A stretch of 64,000 nt of DNA from Setoptus koraiensis (lineage: Eukaryota > Animalia > Arthropoda), in NCBI GenBank assembly GCA_048013815.1, contig CM106585.1, positions 3,162,001 to 3,226,000 on the forward strand, read 5' to 3'. Below, piece by piece: positions 34,762 through 46,639 of this stretch. Every line of letters starts with the position of its first letter. The stretch's first letter is position 1. Position numbers and translations under genes: made by a program. The notes beneath the pieces were generated by a model. The model was not told the origin of the DNA, did no database searches, and saw nothing but the letters and a program-made list of their open reading frames with translations.

Positions 34762-35330
34762 TGAACGAAACCCGGTCCGATCGCGGGCCCCGCCCACTCG
34801 ACTCCCAGTCCTCGGTAAGAATCTTTTTTGGTTTGGTGGCCGTCAGTCGTCCCGCCGGAGGCCGCAGGCCGTAGGCGTGGACGACTGGAGGCCGAACCCC
34901 TCCTCCGGCCTGGAATGAACGCATGAATAAAGCACGCGCAACTTGTAGCAAAAAGTAATTATGCACGCGCAAGGACTCGGTGTGTGGTCGCACTATCTGC
35001 GGGCGCAGTTTCGCTCCGCGCCGCGTCCATTGGTCACGCCTCTTATGTTAAACTGATTTCATTCTGCTTCTGGGGCCTCTAGGTGCAATCTACCCTCGGT
35101 ATGAAGACGTTGGTACCCTACCCGATGTCCGTGCGGGTGGGTACGGCCGATTATACCGTCAATATGCCCTCAAATACCCTCGAATACCCAGAATGCGGTA
35201 CCTCGGGTATCTCGATAACGAAGAATTTCCGCACTTCCGGAATACCTTTTCCGGTCTCAGGGCATCATACCCTACCCAAAAATACCCAAAATACCCAAAT
35301 TGGGCGTGGTACGTGTTCCGAAGAACAACC
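34762..35330. mobile_element. Merlin-like MITE family 2, right portion
   Basis: Homologous to 56690-57290; ends ...GTTCCGAAGAACAACC, a Merlin-type TIR end, at 35330. Confidence 0.65.
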
Positions 35331-36008
35331 GAAACTGTCATCAGAAAATCGAATTTTCAATTTCGAATTGTTTCCATCGAACTCTGACCACGGAACTCTG
35401 ACCATCGAATTTCGACGAAGCAGCTGAAACAATCATCAGAAAATCGAATTTTCAATTTCGAAGTTCGAATTGTCACCACCGAACACTGACCATCGAACAT
35501 CGAACGAACAGCTGTAACTCTTATCAGAAATTCGAATTTTCAATTTCGAAGTTTGAAGTTCGAATTGTGACCATCGAACTCTGACCATCGAACTCCGACC
35601 GAGCAGATGAAACTCTCATCAGAAATCCGAATTTTCAATTTCGAATTTCGAAGTTCGAAATGTTACCACCGAACTCTGACCAAAGAACTAAGAACACTCA
35701 ACCACTAACTTTGAACGAGCAGCTAAAACTCTTATTAGAAATTCGAATTTTCAATTTTGAAGTTCGATTTGTCACCACCGAACTGCGCACAAATGTGACC
35801 AGTCAAATCTACATAGAATTGCATACGAAATATTTTCGAGTGAAGGGATAATAGACCAAGTCGAATCTACATAGGAATACATGTGTAATGTCTAGCAGGA
35901 TTCTCACAAATTTGACTAAGTCAAACCTCCATAGGATTACATAGTCACGTGAATAAACGTAGCACCCAGACCCATCCCAATAGCAGCTTAATTAAAATTA
36001 AGCGCTAA
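35331..36008 (-). mobile_element. HINE 5' part (satellite plus end)
   Basis: Satellite, then conserved block ending AAAATTAAGCGCTAA at 36008. Confidence 0.75.
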
Positions 36009-38710
36009 AAACTAAAGCAATCAGCGACATGAAACCGCCACATGACAAATCAGCAACAAAGAGCTTTATAGGCGCTGCGTCATATTATCGCAAGTTCATA
36101 TTCAAGTTTGCGGCGATATGTGATCCGATAACAAATTTAACGAAAGATGATGTTACTTTCGTATGGGATGAACAACAAGAAAAAGCGTTCAAAGAGTTGA
36201 AGAAGCTATTATTAGACGCAACAGTCATTCCTTTAGATAATCGTAAACCTATCACAATGAAAACAGACGCATCTTACACTGGGATCGCAGGCATGATGTT
36301 ACATGACGACAAAATCATAACTTGTGTGTCGAGACGACTGTACGACGCAGAAAAAAATTACTCAGTAACTGAAATCGAGGCATCAGCTCTAGTCTGGAGT
36401 ACAGCGAAACTTCGACCTTATATATTCGGTCTGAAGGTCACAGTCTGGGTAGATCATTGCGCACTATGCGCATTAGTTAAAAAGGTCACATCCCCTCTAC
36501 ATGGTAGACTCGCGAGATGGGCGGTGGTCCTGAGCGAATTCGATCTAGAATTAAAATACGTGAGTGGTAAATCACACATCGATGTAGACTGTCTATCGCG
36601 TGCTCCTGTGAACGATGATAATGACTGGCGACAGGACGCGATATTACCAATAAATAACATAAGACCTCTAGATGAGAAAGAGTGGATAACCGCATTTGAG
36701 AAAGATAGCGAGGCAATAGAACTCTTGGAGACAATAGAGAGCGAAGGAATAATTAAGTTGATCGACGACATTATCTACTCAAAAAACGACCAACTCTACA
36801 TACCAAATGACGCTCGCGAATCAGTTCTAATCGCAGCACACGCCTCACCCTTAGCCGGACACGGCGGGCATCACGCGACATTAGGAAAGGTATCCAACGA
36901 TTTTTGGTGGCCGTCGATGAAGAGCGATGTTAAAGAGTTCGTCGAATCCCGCGAGACCTGCCAGAAATTCAAAAAATCACCTATCAAATTTGGCGAACTA
37001 AACCCTATCCACGTAACAAAACCGGGTTGTTGTAGCGATTAGGTCCCAGCGCCGATCGTGATGAAACTTCCGGTACCGGTTCATCTTGACCCCAAATCAT
37101 CAGAAAAAGCGGTCCGGAAGTGCGGAAACTTCAGGTTCCGGTTTTACCTAAGGTTGCTCCTAGAGAGTTGAAACTCACCAGACTGATGTTTTAGATGACG
37201 ATTAACAGGATGACATAACTTTCCGTACTTCATCACTTCCGGTTCTCTGCTTATAGCATATCTATTGAAAGACCATAATTTGCCGAATTCAGGCTTCGCT
37301 GCACTCGGGGATGAGCATGTAATTGTTCTTAGAACTTGGCCTGCGGCCTCGTATTCTGGAGGCCGTCACATCTCCGTCGCCGCTACCGCGACGACTGCGT
37401 GCGACGGAAACCCTTCGGGTAGGGTTGATGAGCGCTTCCGGTATCGGGCTGCGCCGTCTACCCTCCGCTCACATGACTGCAATCCAAACACAGCTGCAGG
37501 TGGGAAGAGTGAACAAACCACCCAACAGAGAATGAGAAAGAAGGGATTAAATGACTGAAACAGACGTGAATACAGAGTTCAGCGAGCACGAGACACAGAA
37601 TGGGTCCGCTGACCGCAACCGCACAGGCCCGGCCACACCCCAAAATTTTGTTTAACCTCTGTATCCTATGAACCGGAAGTAATAGCAGATTAATTTTGAT
37701 TTCATCATGCTCATCTAGTTGACATCTGCCTGATTCTACATTTTCAGAGCTCTATCTCAACATTTTTGTATCTCCGGAAGTTTCCGCACTTCTGGACTAC
37801 TCAATTCATAATATTGGGCCCCTGCGGGACCTGTGGGTCAAGTTTCATGATGATCGGCGCTGGGACCCAATCGCAACAACACCCCAAAACCGTTCGAGAT
37901 ATGGGCGCTAGATTTCATAGGCCCCATTACGAAGGCAATCGATGGCAACGACCAAATTCTAGTAGCTATTGACCATTTCACTAAACTCGTGGTAACGCAG
38001 GCTTGCTCACAACGTACAGCGGCAGTCGTTGCGAGATTCATCGTTAGCAACATCGTATGCAAATACGGCCCACCAGCGAATATACTAGTGGATAATGCCG
38101 GTGAGATGATTAGCAAGACGGTTTCGGAAGTTTGCAGAGTAATCGGGACCAACCATATCCGATGCACACCATATCATTCACGCGGCAACCCGTGCGTCGA
38201 AAGAGTGAATAAAACCATAACTCAGAAGTTAGCAATTCTAATAGACGACCACGACTACGATGAACAAAACTCGCCAGCAGCACTACCACTGGTCACTCTG
38301 GCGATAAACACCACCAAACATCGAACCACAGGTTACACACCGTTCGAATTAATATTCGGATATAATCCACCATCACAAAGCGAGACCGCTAGACGATCAA
38401 CAGTTTCAGACGTTTAAGCTAATAACCTGCGCAATACATTATGTATCACCCAACATCAAGCATACTTAATTATGCAAGAAGAACAAGCTAACGAAAAAGC
38501 AAGGTTCGATAAGAATCGTAAGGTGCCGACATTTGTAATAGATTCAAAGATTCACGTTTCTCGCTGTTACGATGTCATGCGGAGCGCTTGAAGAAATACT
38601 GTAACGAAAAACCCGCTGAACAAACCACACAATTTTACGATACAAATGACTAGTAGAGGGCGTAGTAATGTGCGAGCTGCCCACTAGACGGAGCTGAATG
38701 ATAGCAACAC
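36009..38710 (+). pseudogene. pol: Gypsy pol fragment (RT C-terminus, RNase H, integrase) interrupted by a Merlin MITE
   Basis: ORF 36029-37042 (TDAS, HxxPxAGHGG, xxxCQK) joins 37893+ as PIHVTKP|FEIWALDFIG when the MITE and one TSD are removed. Confidence 0.9.
37025..37884. mobile_element. Merlin MITE (860 bp) with 8-bp TSD CAAAACCG
   Basis: TIRs GGTTGTTGTAGCGATTAGGTCCC and GGGACCCAATCGCAACAACACCC; TSD at 37017-37024 and 37885-37892. Confidence 0.93.
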
Positions 38711-40560
38711 ACAGACTTGTTGCTCGCGAATGAGGCCTGCGTATAGGCATGGTTCGGATAGCGTTGGTTTCAAACTAGTGCCTTGGAGTATTTTATCTAA
38801 GTTGTCCTTCCAGACTCGTGGGGCTTGCTTAAGCCCGTACAGGCTCTTGTTGAGCTTTAGAGTGTGGGTGTTTGGGCATTCAACTCCGGCTGGCGGTGCC
38901 ATGTATACTTCCTCATTTAGTGTTCCATGAAGGAAGGCGGTTTGCACGTCAAACTGCATTCTCTTCATTTTGTTTATGGTCGCTAAAGCAAATATTAATC
39001 GCACGGATTCGTGTCTGGCGATAGGCGCAAAAGTTTCACTGTAATCAATGCCCGCCCGTTGTTCAAAGCCACGGGCTACTAGACGGGCTTTGAACCGCTC
39101 TACTTTGCCGTCTGGCAGTAGTTTCCTTTTGAAGATCCATCTTGAGCTCAGAGGTTTTGCATTCGCAGGTCGTTCTATGATGGACCAAGTTTCGTTTGAT
39201 GTCAGAGCATCTATCTCCTCTCGGACTGCCTTTCCCCATTCTTCTGATTCTGCGCACTTCATTGCATCGGCGTACGAGGATGGTTCTTCGTACGCTACGT
39301 AGGCATTGTGGTCTCTGTTAAAGAAATTTGTGATCCCTTTAGTGATCGATCTCGTTATTGGTCGATTTGTTCGTTGTGGTGAGTGTATCTCGACGGTTGT
39401 GCTCTCGGCTGGTGCGGGTGAGGAGGTCTCGTCAGTTTGAGAGCCATCATCCTCCGAAGTGAGTGCTGGCCCATCGTCACCACTGGATGAGTCTGAGCCC
39501 TGGGATGCTCCATCATGTGTGTCGTTTCCGACGGCAGACTCAAAGTGAGTTGTCGTGCTGGTGTGATCTGCCGCATCTTCCTGTGTCGGAGCTTGCTGCA
39601 CATGGCCAGGAAATTGATGTGTTGTTTCTGTGCTTTCTGGAGTCGCTCCATCACTGTCCTTCTTGGACGTGCTTTCGGGAGGTGTAAAAATTACGTTTGG
39701 CGTTACGAGAACGCTTTGTTTGGACGGCAAAGAGCACCTGTAGGTGTTTGACCGTGCAGTGAAGCCTACCACGTAGGCTTCAGTTGTTTTCGGGTCCCAC
39801 TTGGATCCTGTCCTGGGCAGACTGAGGACTTGTGCCTTGGTGCCAAACTCAACGATGTGGCTGACGTTTGGCGTTCTCCCAAACCAAGTCTCGTAAGCAG
39901 TTTTCCCTGTTTCTTGGTTGATTGTGGTTCGGTTCAGAGTGTATACTGCAGTGTTCACTGCCTCTGACCACAGTCTATTGTTCAGGGTGCTGGAGGTGAG
40001 CATCGTCCTAGCAGTTTCAATGACTGTTCTATTCGAACGTTCTGCTAGGCCGTTTTGTTCTGGGCAGTATGGTGAGCTGGTTTTCAGGCTCACATGTTCG
40101 ATGGCCAGCATCACCTTCACTCGCTCGTTCACGAATTCGGTTCCGTTGTCCACCCACAGGGTGTTTAGCCGGAAACCTGTTTCGTTTTCAATGGTGGCGA
40201 TGAACTCTTGTAGGTATGTGGCCACTTCGTCTTTTGATTTTAGCATGTATACCGACCGGTACCTGCTGGCCTCGTCGGTAAGCAGTAGAAAGTATTTGGA
40301 TCGGCCTACGCTCTCGGGGCTGATTGGTCCAACTATATCTCCGTGAACAGTCTGTCCAACTTTGGTGGCTTTTTCGCGTTTTGAAGTCGGGTGTGACACC
40401 CGAGTCCCCTTGCCACTTGGACATTTGCCGCATTTGGAGTGCTTTTCATCTCCAATTATCTTAACGCCTGCAATCAGACCTTTTGCCACCAACGTGTTGA
40501 GCTGTTGGTTGCCAATGTGGCCGAGACACTTGTGCCATTCAGCCTTGTTCTCTCGTTGCG
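38711..40560 (-). pseudogene. pol: Copia GAG-pre-integrase, integrase and RT N-terminus
   Basis: WHKCLGH, VHGDIVGP, WVDNGTEF, PEQNGLAER, RFKARLVARGF, FDVQTAFLHG and LYGLKQAPRVW. Frame differs from gag-PR through an apparent 1-nt frameshift near 40560. Confidence 0.9.
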
Positions 40561-41808
40561 CATGACCAAAGCATTGTGGTGCTGTCTAGCGACCTGAAGG
40601 CGATACAGTCCGTTCGAGTTGATGCGCTCTCCGATGAGGATGACGGAATCCTCGCAGATGAACAGGCATGACTCGCCTTTGAAGACTATTTTCATGCCCG
40701 CACGTGTGGCTGCTCCTATCGAGATTAGATTCACTGAAAGTCCAGGTACGTATAGCACCCTGGACAATCTGAATCTACTCTCTCTGCCGTTTGCGAGTTC
40801 GCCTTTCAGGACTAATTGGCCCACTCCTTTTGCCAATATTGTATCGTTGTTTCCCATCTTCACAACGCTGCCCTGGTTGAACTGCTCGTAGTTGCTGAAG
40901 CCATCAGTGCTTCTCGACATGTGCGCCGATGCCCCCGAATCCGCAAACCACGTATCTTCAGACTCATGAGGTGGAGATAATTGGGGCTGAATATCGTTGA
41001 TGGCCATGAAGGCTACATTGTCTGGTGTGTCTGTCTGTCTGGACTCACCCCGGTTACTTCGCTTCCTATCATTGTATGCCTTCTTTCTGCACTCCGAGAT
41101 CCAGTGGCCGGGCTTCTTGCAGTAGAAGCATTCCGAGTCCTTCTTCGTTGTTTCGGACCTTCTTTTTGCCACTGGGTTGGTGTCACCTATTCTGGCCTCA
41201 GACAATAATGCTGCCTCTGCTGTTGCGTTGGGCCTTCTTGCCTTGAGCTGAGCCTCATCTTGAATTAATCGGTCGATGAGGTTGTTCAGGGTTTTGTCCG
41301 CCTGGCTGGTGGCATTCCATGCACGGGCGAAGCCGTCAAACTGGTCGGTCAGGCCACCAACAAGTCGAGCACGGATGAGTCGTTCCGACACGACTTCTCC
41401 TGTGCTCGTTATTTCGCTAGCTGTTGATTCAACTCTTCCTATCCAGTTTGCCATGTTCTCATTCGGCTCCATCTTCATGTTGCAGAAGGAGTTGATGAGA
41501 GCTTCTACGTTGCCTTCTCCGCGCAGCTCGTAGACGCTGGCGAGTCTAGCCCATATCTGATGGGCTGTCTCACACGTCATGACCTTGGTCACTACCTCGG
41601 GCTCGAGTGCACTGGCTAGTATGACCTGGGCCTCCGCATCTCGGTCCACAAACTTTGAATCATTCTTGTCGGGTTGGTTGAAGATGATGTCTTCTAGTTT
41701 TCGACTGGCTATGATGCGCTTCAGTTGGAACTTCCAACTCTGATAGTTTTTGCCATTTAATCTTGGCACACTGACGTTCTGATTTGTCTTAGAGACTTCT
41801 TCTGACAT
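40474..41808 (-). CDS. gag: Copia gag and protease
   Basis: LNGKNYQSWKF gag start, CFYCKKPGHWISEC knuckle, WFADSGASAHM protease, VLYVPGLSVNLISI. Confidence 0.9.
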   Translation of the reverse strand: MSEEVSKTNQNVSVPRLNGKNYQSWKFQLKRIIASRKLEDIIFNQPDKNDSKFVDRDAEAQVILASALEPEVVTKVMTCETAHQIWARLASVYELRGEGNVEALINSFCNMKMEPNENMANWIGRVESTASEITSTGEVVSERLIRARLVGGLTDQFDGFARAWNATSQADKTLNNLIDRLIQDEAQLKARRPNATAEAALLSEARIGDTNPVAKRRSETTKKDSECFYCKKPGHWISECRKKAYNDRKRSNRGESRQTDTPDNVAFMAINDIQPQLSPPHESEDTWFADSGASAHMSRSTDGFSNYEQFNQGSVVKMGNNDTILAKGVGQLVLKGELANGRESRFRLSRVLYVPGLSVNLISIGAATRAGMKIVFKGESCLFICEDSVILIGERINSNGLYRLQVARQHHNALVMRNERTRLNGTSVSATLATNSSTRWWQKV

Positions 41809-41810
41809 GC

Positions 41811-41892
41811 TGACTTCGGCTTACTGACTTTGGCTTGCTAACTTCGGCTTGCTAACTTCGGCTTGCTGACTTCGGCTTGCTAACTTTGGCTG
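41811..41892. repeat. 14-bp tandem repeat in the Copia 5' UTR (~6 copies)
   Basis: T(G/A)ACTT(C/T)GGCTT(G/A)C units. Confidence 0.85.
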
Positions 41893-41915
41893 TTAACCGC
41901 TTAGAAATTGTCAAA

Positions 41916-42221
41916 TGTAGTACTGATTGATGCTGGTTTTATTGATAGAATTCTGAACAACGTATATTTTGTTTTTAAACAAAAATGGTGTTAGTGCAGT
42001 TTTTACACAAGAGTATGTGTCAATGTTCCTGCAGTGTGCAGTTCTATTTATACGCGTGTGTGTGGCCAATTAGTGACACTCGGCCCTTAATTGCTATTGT
42101 CTGGGGTAATAAATGGTCACACGGACGTGGCCATTTTATTACCCCAGATGGGACAGGATGGGATGCCTACTGGCCTGTCCCTGCATCAAAGGAGCCGCTG
42201 CGACAGACTAGTGGCACCACA
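41916..42221 (-). repeat. Probable Copia 5' LTR (~306 bp)
   Basis: Minus strand TGTGGTGC...GTACTACA (imperfect terminal inverted repeat), with TATAAATA then AATAAA in the expected order. No canonical PBS seen and the partner LTR is absent. Confidence 0.5.
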
Positions 42222-43804
42222 AATTAAGATGAGGATTGTTTATTCAACAAGTACCGTTTAAATATAGATGCGAGTATGTGATAATATGTCGGAGTTGAAC
42301 ATCTATGCTTGTCGAATCAGAGTAGCCGTAAAGATGACATAATAAATACAAGTCATGCTGGTCCAAGGCAATCACAAAATGGTCGATTGTCGGGACGTTC
42401 AATGCTGGCAAGGCATATTGGGACTGGCTAAACCCAGAAGTATTCAATATGCTGTTCGCTTTGGCCCGAGCCAAAATCAAGGATAAATCAATTTCTCGGG
42501 CAATCTTGGGCACCTTTCCATATAGTCCGAAATTGTTGTCAAGGAGACAAACAGATGAACAACGTCCGGAGCATATGTAGAGTTAATAATGCTACATTGG
42601 AGGTGATGAAACTCAACGGATTCAGGCAAACACTTGGCCAAGGACGCTTCGACGTAATTCTTGACAACATCGCGCTTTTTCAGCAGGTCGTTCTGGCATA
42701 GGCTCAAATACTCTTGATTGGCTCTGTCCAAGAGGTATGGCAAGTGTAATGTTTAGATACTTTAACATGTTAATCGAGAGACTCAAATCTCCATAAGGTT
42801 AACATGTGTAATGTTTAGATACTTTAACATGGTAATCGAGAGACTCAAATCTCCATAAAGTTAACATGTGAAATGTTTAGATACTTTAACACAGAAATTG
42901 AGAGACTCAAATCTCCACAGGGTTAACATGTGTAATGTTTAGATACTTTAACATGTTAATCGAGAGACTCAAATCTCCAGAAGGTTAGCATGTGTAATGT
43001 TTAGATACTTTAACAAAAAAATTGAGAAACTCAAATCTCCATAAGGTTAACATGTGTAATGTTTAGATACTTTAACACGGGAATTGAGAGACTCAAATCT
43101 CCACAGGGTTAACATGTTTAATGTTTAGATACTTTAACATCAATCAACCATTGATCAAATTGGACTAAGGTGCTGCGAAATTCCCCATCATTGAAATAAC
43201 CTTCTTCGTGCTCAACCAACAAATGATCTCTAGTCTCATTGTAGAACTCGAACCACGAATGTAAACAAGCTACAGAGCCAGCTATCTACACACGAGACTT
43301 GTAATCAACAATTTGTAAACAAGTAAACGAGCCAGGTATCTACACACGAGACTGTGAAGCAACAACATGTAAACAAATTTTGAACAGCTAGAATGTGATG
43401 ATGAGGTGGCAGACTTAGATTAAGATCATGTCTGTAGCTTATTGTGTGCTAGGGAGCGTAGCGACTTGAGTCTTTATCAAGCTGTAGCTTACTGTGTGCT
43501 GAGGAGGTTGAGCGACTTAAGTCTTAAACTAGTGTGTATCCTACTGTGTGCTGAGGAGGTGGAGCGACTTAAGTCTTAATCAAGCTGTAGCCTACTGTGT
43601 GCTGAGGAGGTGGAGTGACTCAATCAAGCTGTAGCCCACTGTGTGCTGAGGAGGTGGAGCGACTTAAGTCTCATTCAGGCTGTAGCTTTCTGTGTGCTAA
43701 GGAGGGGGCGTGACTCAAAATTGTAGGCTTGTGTGTGGATTGCCTCCTCCATTTAGGATCCAACATCACTACATCATTAGCGCTTAATTAAAATTAAGCG
43801 CTAA
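42222..43804 (-). mobile_element. HINE copy Z (3' end lost at the Copia junction)
   Basis: Perfect palindrome TTAGCGCTTAATT-aa-AATTAAGCGCTAA at 43777-43804; 62-bp repeats related to 281-650; 42250-42330 is homologous to 8235-8320. Confidence 0.7.
42745..43140. repeat. 62-bp tandem repeat (~6.5 copies)
   Basis: TGTAATGTTTAGATACTTTAACA unit at 42745, 42807 and onward. Confidence 0.9.
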
Positions 43805-43909
43805 AAACAAAAATTATCATCAAATCAACCTACAGAATCAATACACAAACAATCAACTGAATTCGCACCAAGGAAATAACTACATAACTACGTTCAGTAG
43901 GAATAATGA

Positions 43910-44392
43910 ATGGCATCCACTCCCAGAAAAATCAGCGCTGTACGAGTAGTGAACAACGACATACAATACGAAGTCAGTTATTCAGTATGGACTTCTTTGC
44001 TGGGCAGAGCTACTGAAAATAAGTGGGTCCACGCTGATGCAATAGAAAGGGCAGATCTTATTCGCGAATTTGGATCCGAGATATCATCATCGGAAATTCC
44101 TGAGTATCAACGTACATCTGAAATCATTATTACAGCGCATCAGTTAACACCACTACTACCGAATCATTATTATGCGAAAATACCAAATACTGGCATCGAT
44201 CTACTAAATTTTGTCATAGCAGCAACAGTCGAAGAAGGTCGAACAAAATGCAAAATTGTTCAATATGGACCATGTGCCATGATTAATGGCTACGGTTTTG
44301 ATGTACAGCGGAGGCATGTCTTATTTTTGAAATACTTTCCTCGAATCGATGAACTAACAATTGAAAATTCATGTGGTCTATTAGAATTATAG
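43910..44392 (+). CDS. Accessory protein 3 (same family as the G1 accessory ORFs), 160 aa
   Basis: IQYEV, KW, YYAKIPNTG and VQYGPC motifs; followed by purine tract GAAGAGGGCA and TGTTAT at 44408. Confidence 0.72.
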   Translation: MASTPRKISAVRVVNNDIQYEVSYSVWTSLLGRATENKWVHADAIERADLIREFGSEISSSEIPEYQRTSEIIITAHQLTPLLPNHYYAKIPNTGIDLLNFVIAATVEEGRTKCKIVQYGPCAMINGYGFDVQRRHVLFLKYFPRIDELTIENSCGLLEL

Positions 44393-44407
44393 ATCTTGAA
44401 GAGGGCA

Positions 44408-44593
44408 TGTTATAATATCAAGATATATAATTCATACATCTGTTAAAGTAATCATGGACATGTGTTGTATCCATTTACTCAACTCATTACTATATAAACC
44501 CAGAATTTTTAAATAAAAGTTGACAAAATACGAATTCTGACAGTCTTGCGAAATTATTTATTGTGGCTCAATCGGGTATTGTAATCTGAGACA
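44408..44593 (+). repeat. Putative 3' LTR remnant
   Basis: TG start after the purine tract, with TATATAAA and AATAAA inside; right boundary uncertain. Confidence 0.4.
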
Positions 44594-44594
44594 T

Positions 44595-46333
44595 TTTGAT
44601 TTATTTTGTCACACTCTATAGCTGCTTTGAACAGACCAAACGACTTATTCTCATAGCACACCGCACACAGGTCGCGCGCTATGACACAGAGTGCGCCATT
44701 GCTGACTTTTTGTGTCTCGAAAAATCATTCATTGTGACTAAATTGGGTATTATAAATTCACCAAATTTTGTACGCAAGCAGTCAACATGTGTATCTAGCT
44801 ATAGTGAAAATTTACGCACATTTACTTAACTATGGTGAAAATTTGAGAAACCTGGGTTGTTCTAGCGATTAGGTCCCCAACCGGATCTTGATGAAACTTC
44901 CGGTATAGGTCTATTCTGACCTAACTAAGACGAAAAAAGTGGTCCGGAAGCCAGGAAACTTCCGGTTCCGGTTTTACATAAAGTTGAAGCTAGAGCTCTG
45001 AAATTCACTACAGAGACGTTTCAAGCTACGCTGAACACGATGACATAATTTTCAGCTCTGTGCGACTTCCGGTTTTCGAGATATAGAGATATTACTGGGG
45101 CTAGAATACCGGAAGTGACCAAATTATTGCTTCGCTGCGCTCAGGGATGAACATGCGGTGTGTCTGAGAACTCGGCCTGCGGCCTCGTATTCTGGAGGCC
45201 GTCACATCTCCGTCGTCGCTCCCGCGACGACTGCGTGCGACGGGAACCCTTCGGGTAGGGTTGATGAGCGCTTCGGGTATCGGGCTGCGCCCTCTACCCT
45301 CCGCTCACATGACTGCAATCCAAACACAGCTGCAGGCGGGAGGAGTGAACGAACCAACCAACAGAGAAAAAGAAACAAGGGGAAACATAGAGACATAATG
45401 AGATGAATGCTACACCAGAACACTTGATCCATCCATTTGCTGTAATAATTTTCATCTCAAATTTTAATATCACACTAATTCGTTGATATTCAGGGTTAAA
45501 ATGACCGAAACAGACATGGATACAGGGTGTTGCGCGCACGCGGCACAGGATGGGTCCGCTCGTCGCGACCGCACAGGGCCCGGCCACACCCTTTTTTGCG
45601 TTAAACAGCTATATCTAGGTAACCGGAAGTGGCAGAAGATTAATTTTGATTTCATCGTGCTCCGCTAGGCGTCATCTATCTGATTATGAATTTTCAAAGC
45701 TCTATCTCAATCTTTTGGTAACTCCGGAACCGGAAGTTTCCTGGCTTCCGGTCTACTCATTCCATGATATGGGGCCCCTACGGGGCCCATGTGTGGAGTT
45801 TCATCGAAATCTGAGTGGGGACCTAATCGCAAGAACACCCGAAACCTGGATCTAGTCTGTAATACCCTATAACTGGTCTGAAACGACCAAACGACCAATT
45901 CAAATAGCACACCGCACACGAAGCACGCGCTCCAGCACACAGTGCACCATGAAATACTTGATGTATCTATTTAAATTATTCATTGTAACAAAACTGAGCG
46001 CTAGAAATGCACCAATTCTTGCATGCAGGCAGCTGACATATTTATCTAACTATGGTGAAAATTTGAAACACTTCGATCTAGTCTGTCATATTTCTCTGAC
46101 CCGTCAAAAATCCCTCAATCACACATAGAATAGCACACAACACATCTGCTCCGTCCTATAACACATAGTGCTCCAATGCATCTTGGTGCATCTATTGAAA
46201 TTTTTAATTAAGCCAAAACTGAGCACTGGGAATGCACCAATTTTCGCATGCAGGCATCTGACATACTTATCCACCCATCTTAACAATTATATTTCATCAG
46301 CACTGTCAAAGTCACTTAATTCAGTCATAATAT
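44595..46333 (+). mobile_element. HINE 3'-region repeats (host sequence for a MITE and for G3)
   Basis: Blocks matching 950-1170 (CATGCAGGCAGCTGACAT...TATCTAACTATGGTGAAAATTTGA) recur at ~44600-44850, 45849-46080 and 46130-46270. Confidence 0.6.
44855..45840. mobile_element. Merlin MITE (986 bp) with 8-bp TSD GAAACCTG
   Basis: TIRs GGTTGTTCTAGCGATTAGGTCCCC and GGGGACCTAATCGCAAGAACACCC; TSD at 44847-44854 and 45841-45848. Confidence 0.93.
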
Positions 46334-46608
46334 TGTAGCAGGATACACTCAAGTTATTTCTATTCACCCTTTATTTCTTGATTATTATAATTACTTATTT
46401 ATTATGATTGTAATAATTTGCTAAAAGATGCCTCTTTCTGTGTACAAAGCCCTTTTATATCTTTTGTTCAGACAGTAGCAGACGCTACTGTCTGATGACG
46501 TCTGCTCTTATCAACACATCACATCTCCTTGTGGCTTGCGCAACTCGCGCCATGCCACAATGGTCTCAATGACATCTTGATAACTCGTCCTGATGCCTAC
46601 CCGTCACA
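46334..46608 (-). repeat. G3 3' LTR
   Basis: Minus strand TGTGAC...GCTACA; PPT at 46609-46620. Confidence 0.9.
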
Positions 46609-46639
46609 TTACTCCTCTCCTGTTGAATAAGAGTTGCCC

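Larger units (their letters stand above)
38711..42221 (-). mobile_element. Ty1/Copia element, 5' portion (LTR, gag, PR, IN, RT N-terminus)
   Basis: Copia domain order gag-PR-IN-RT; sequence resumes at 30288. Confidence 0.92.
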
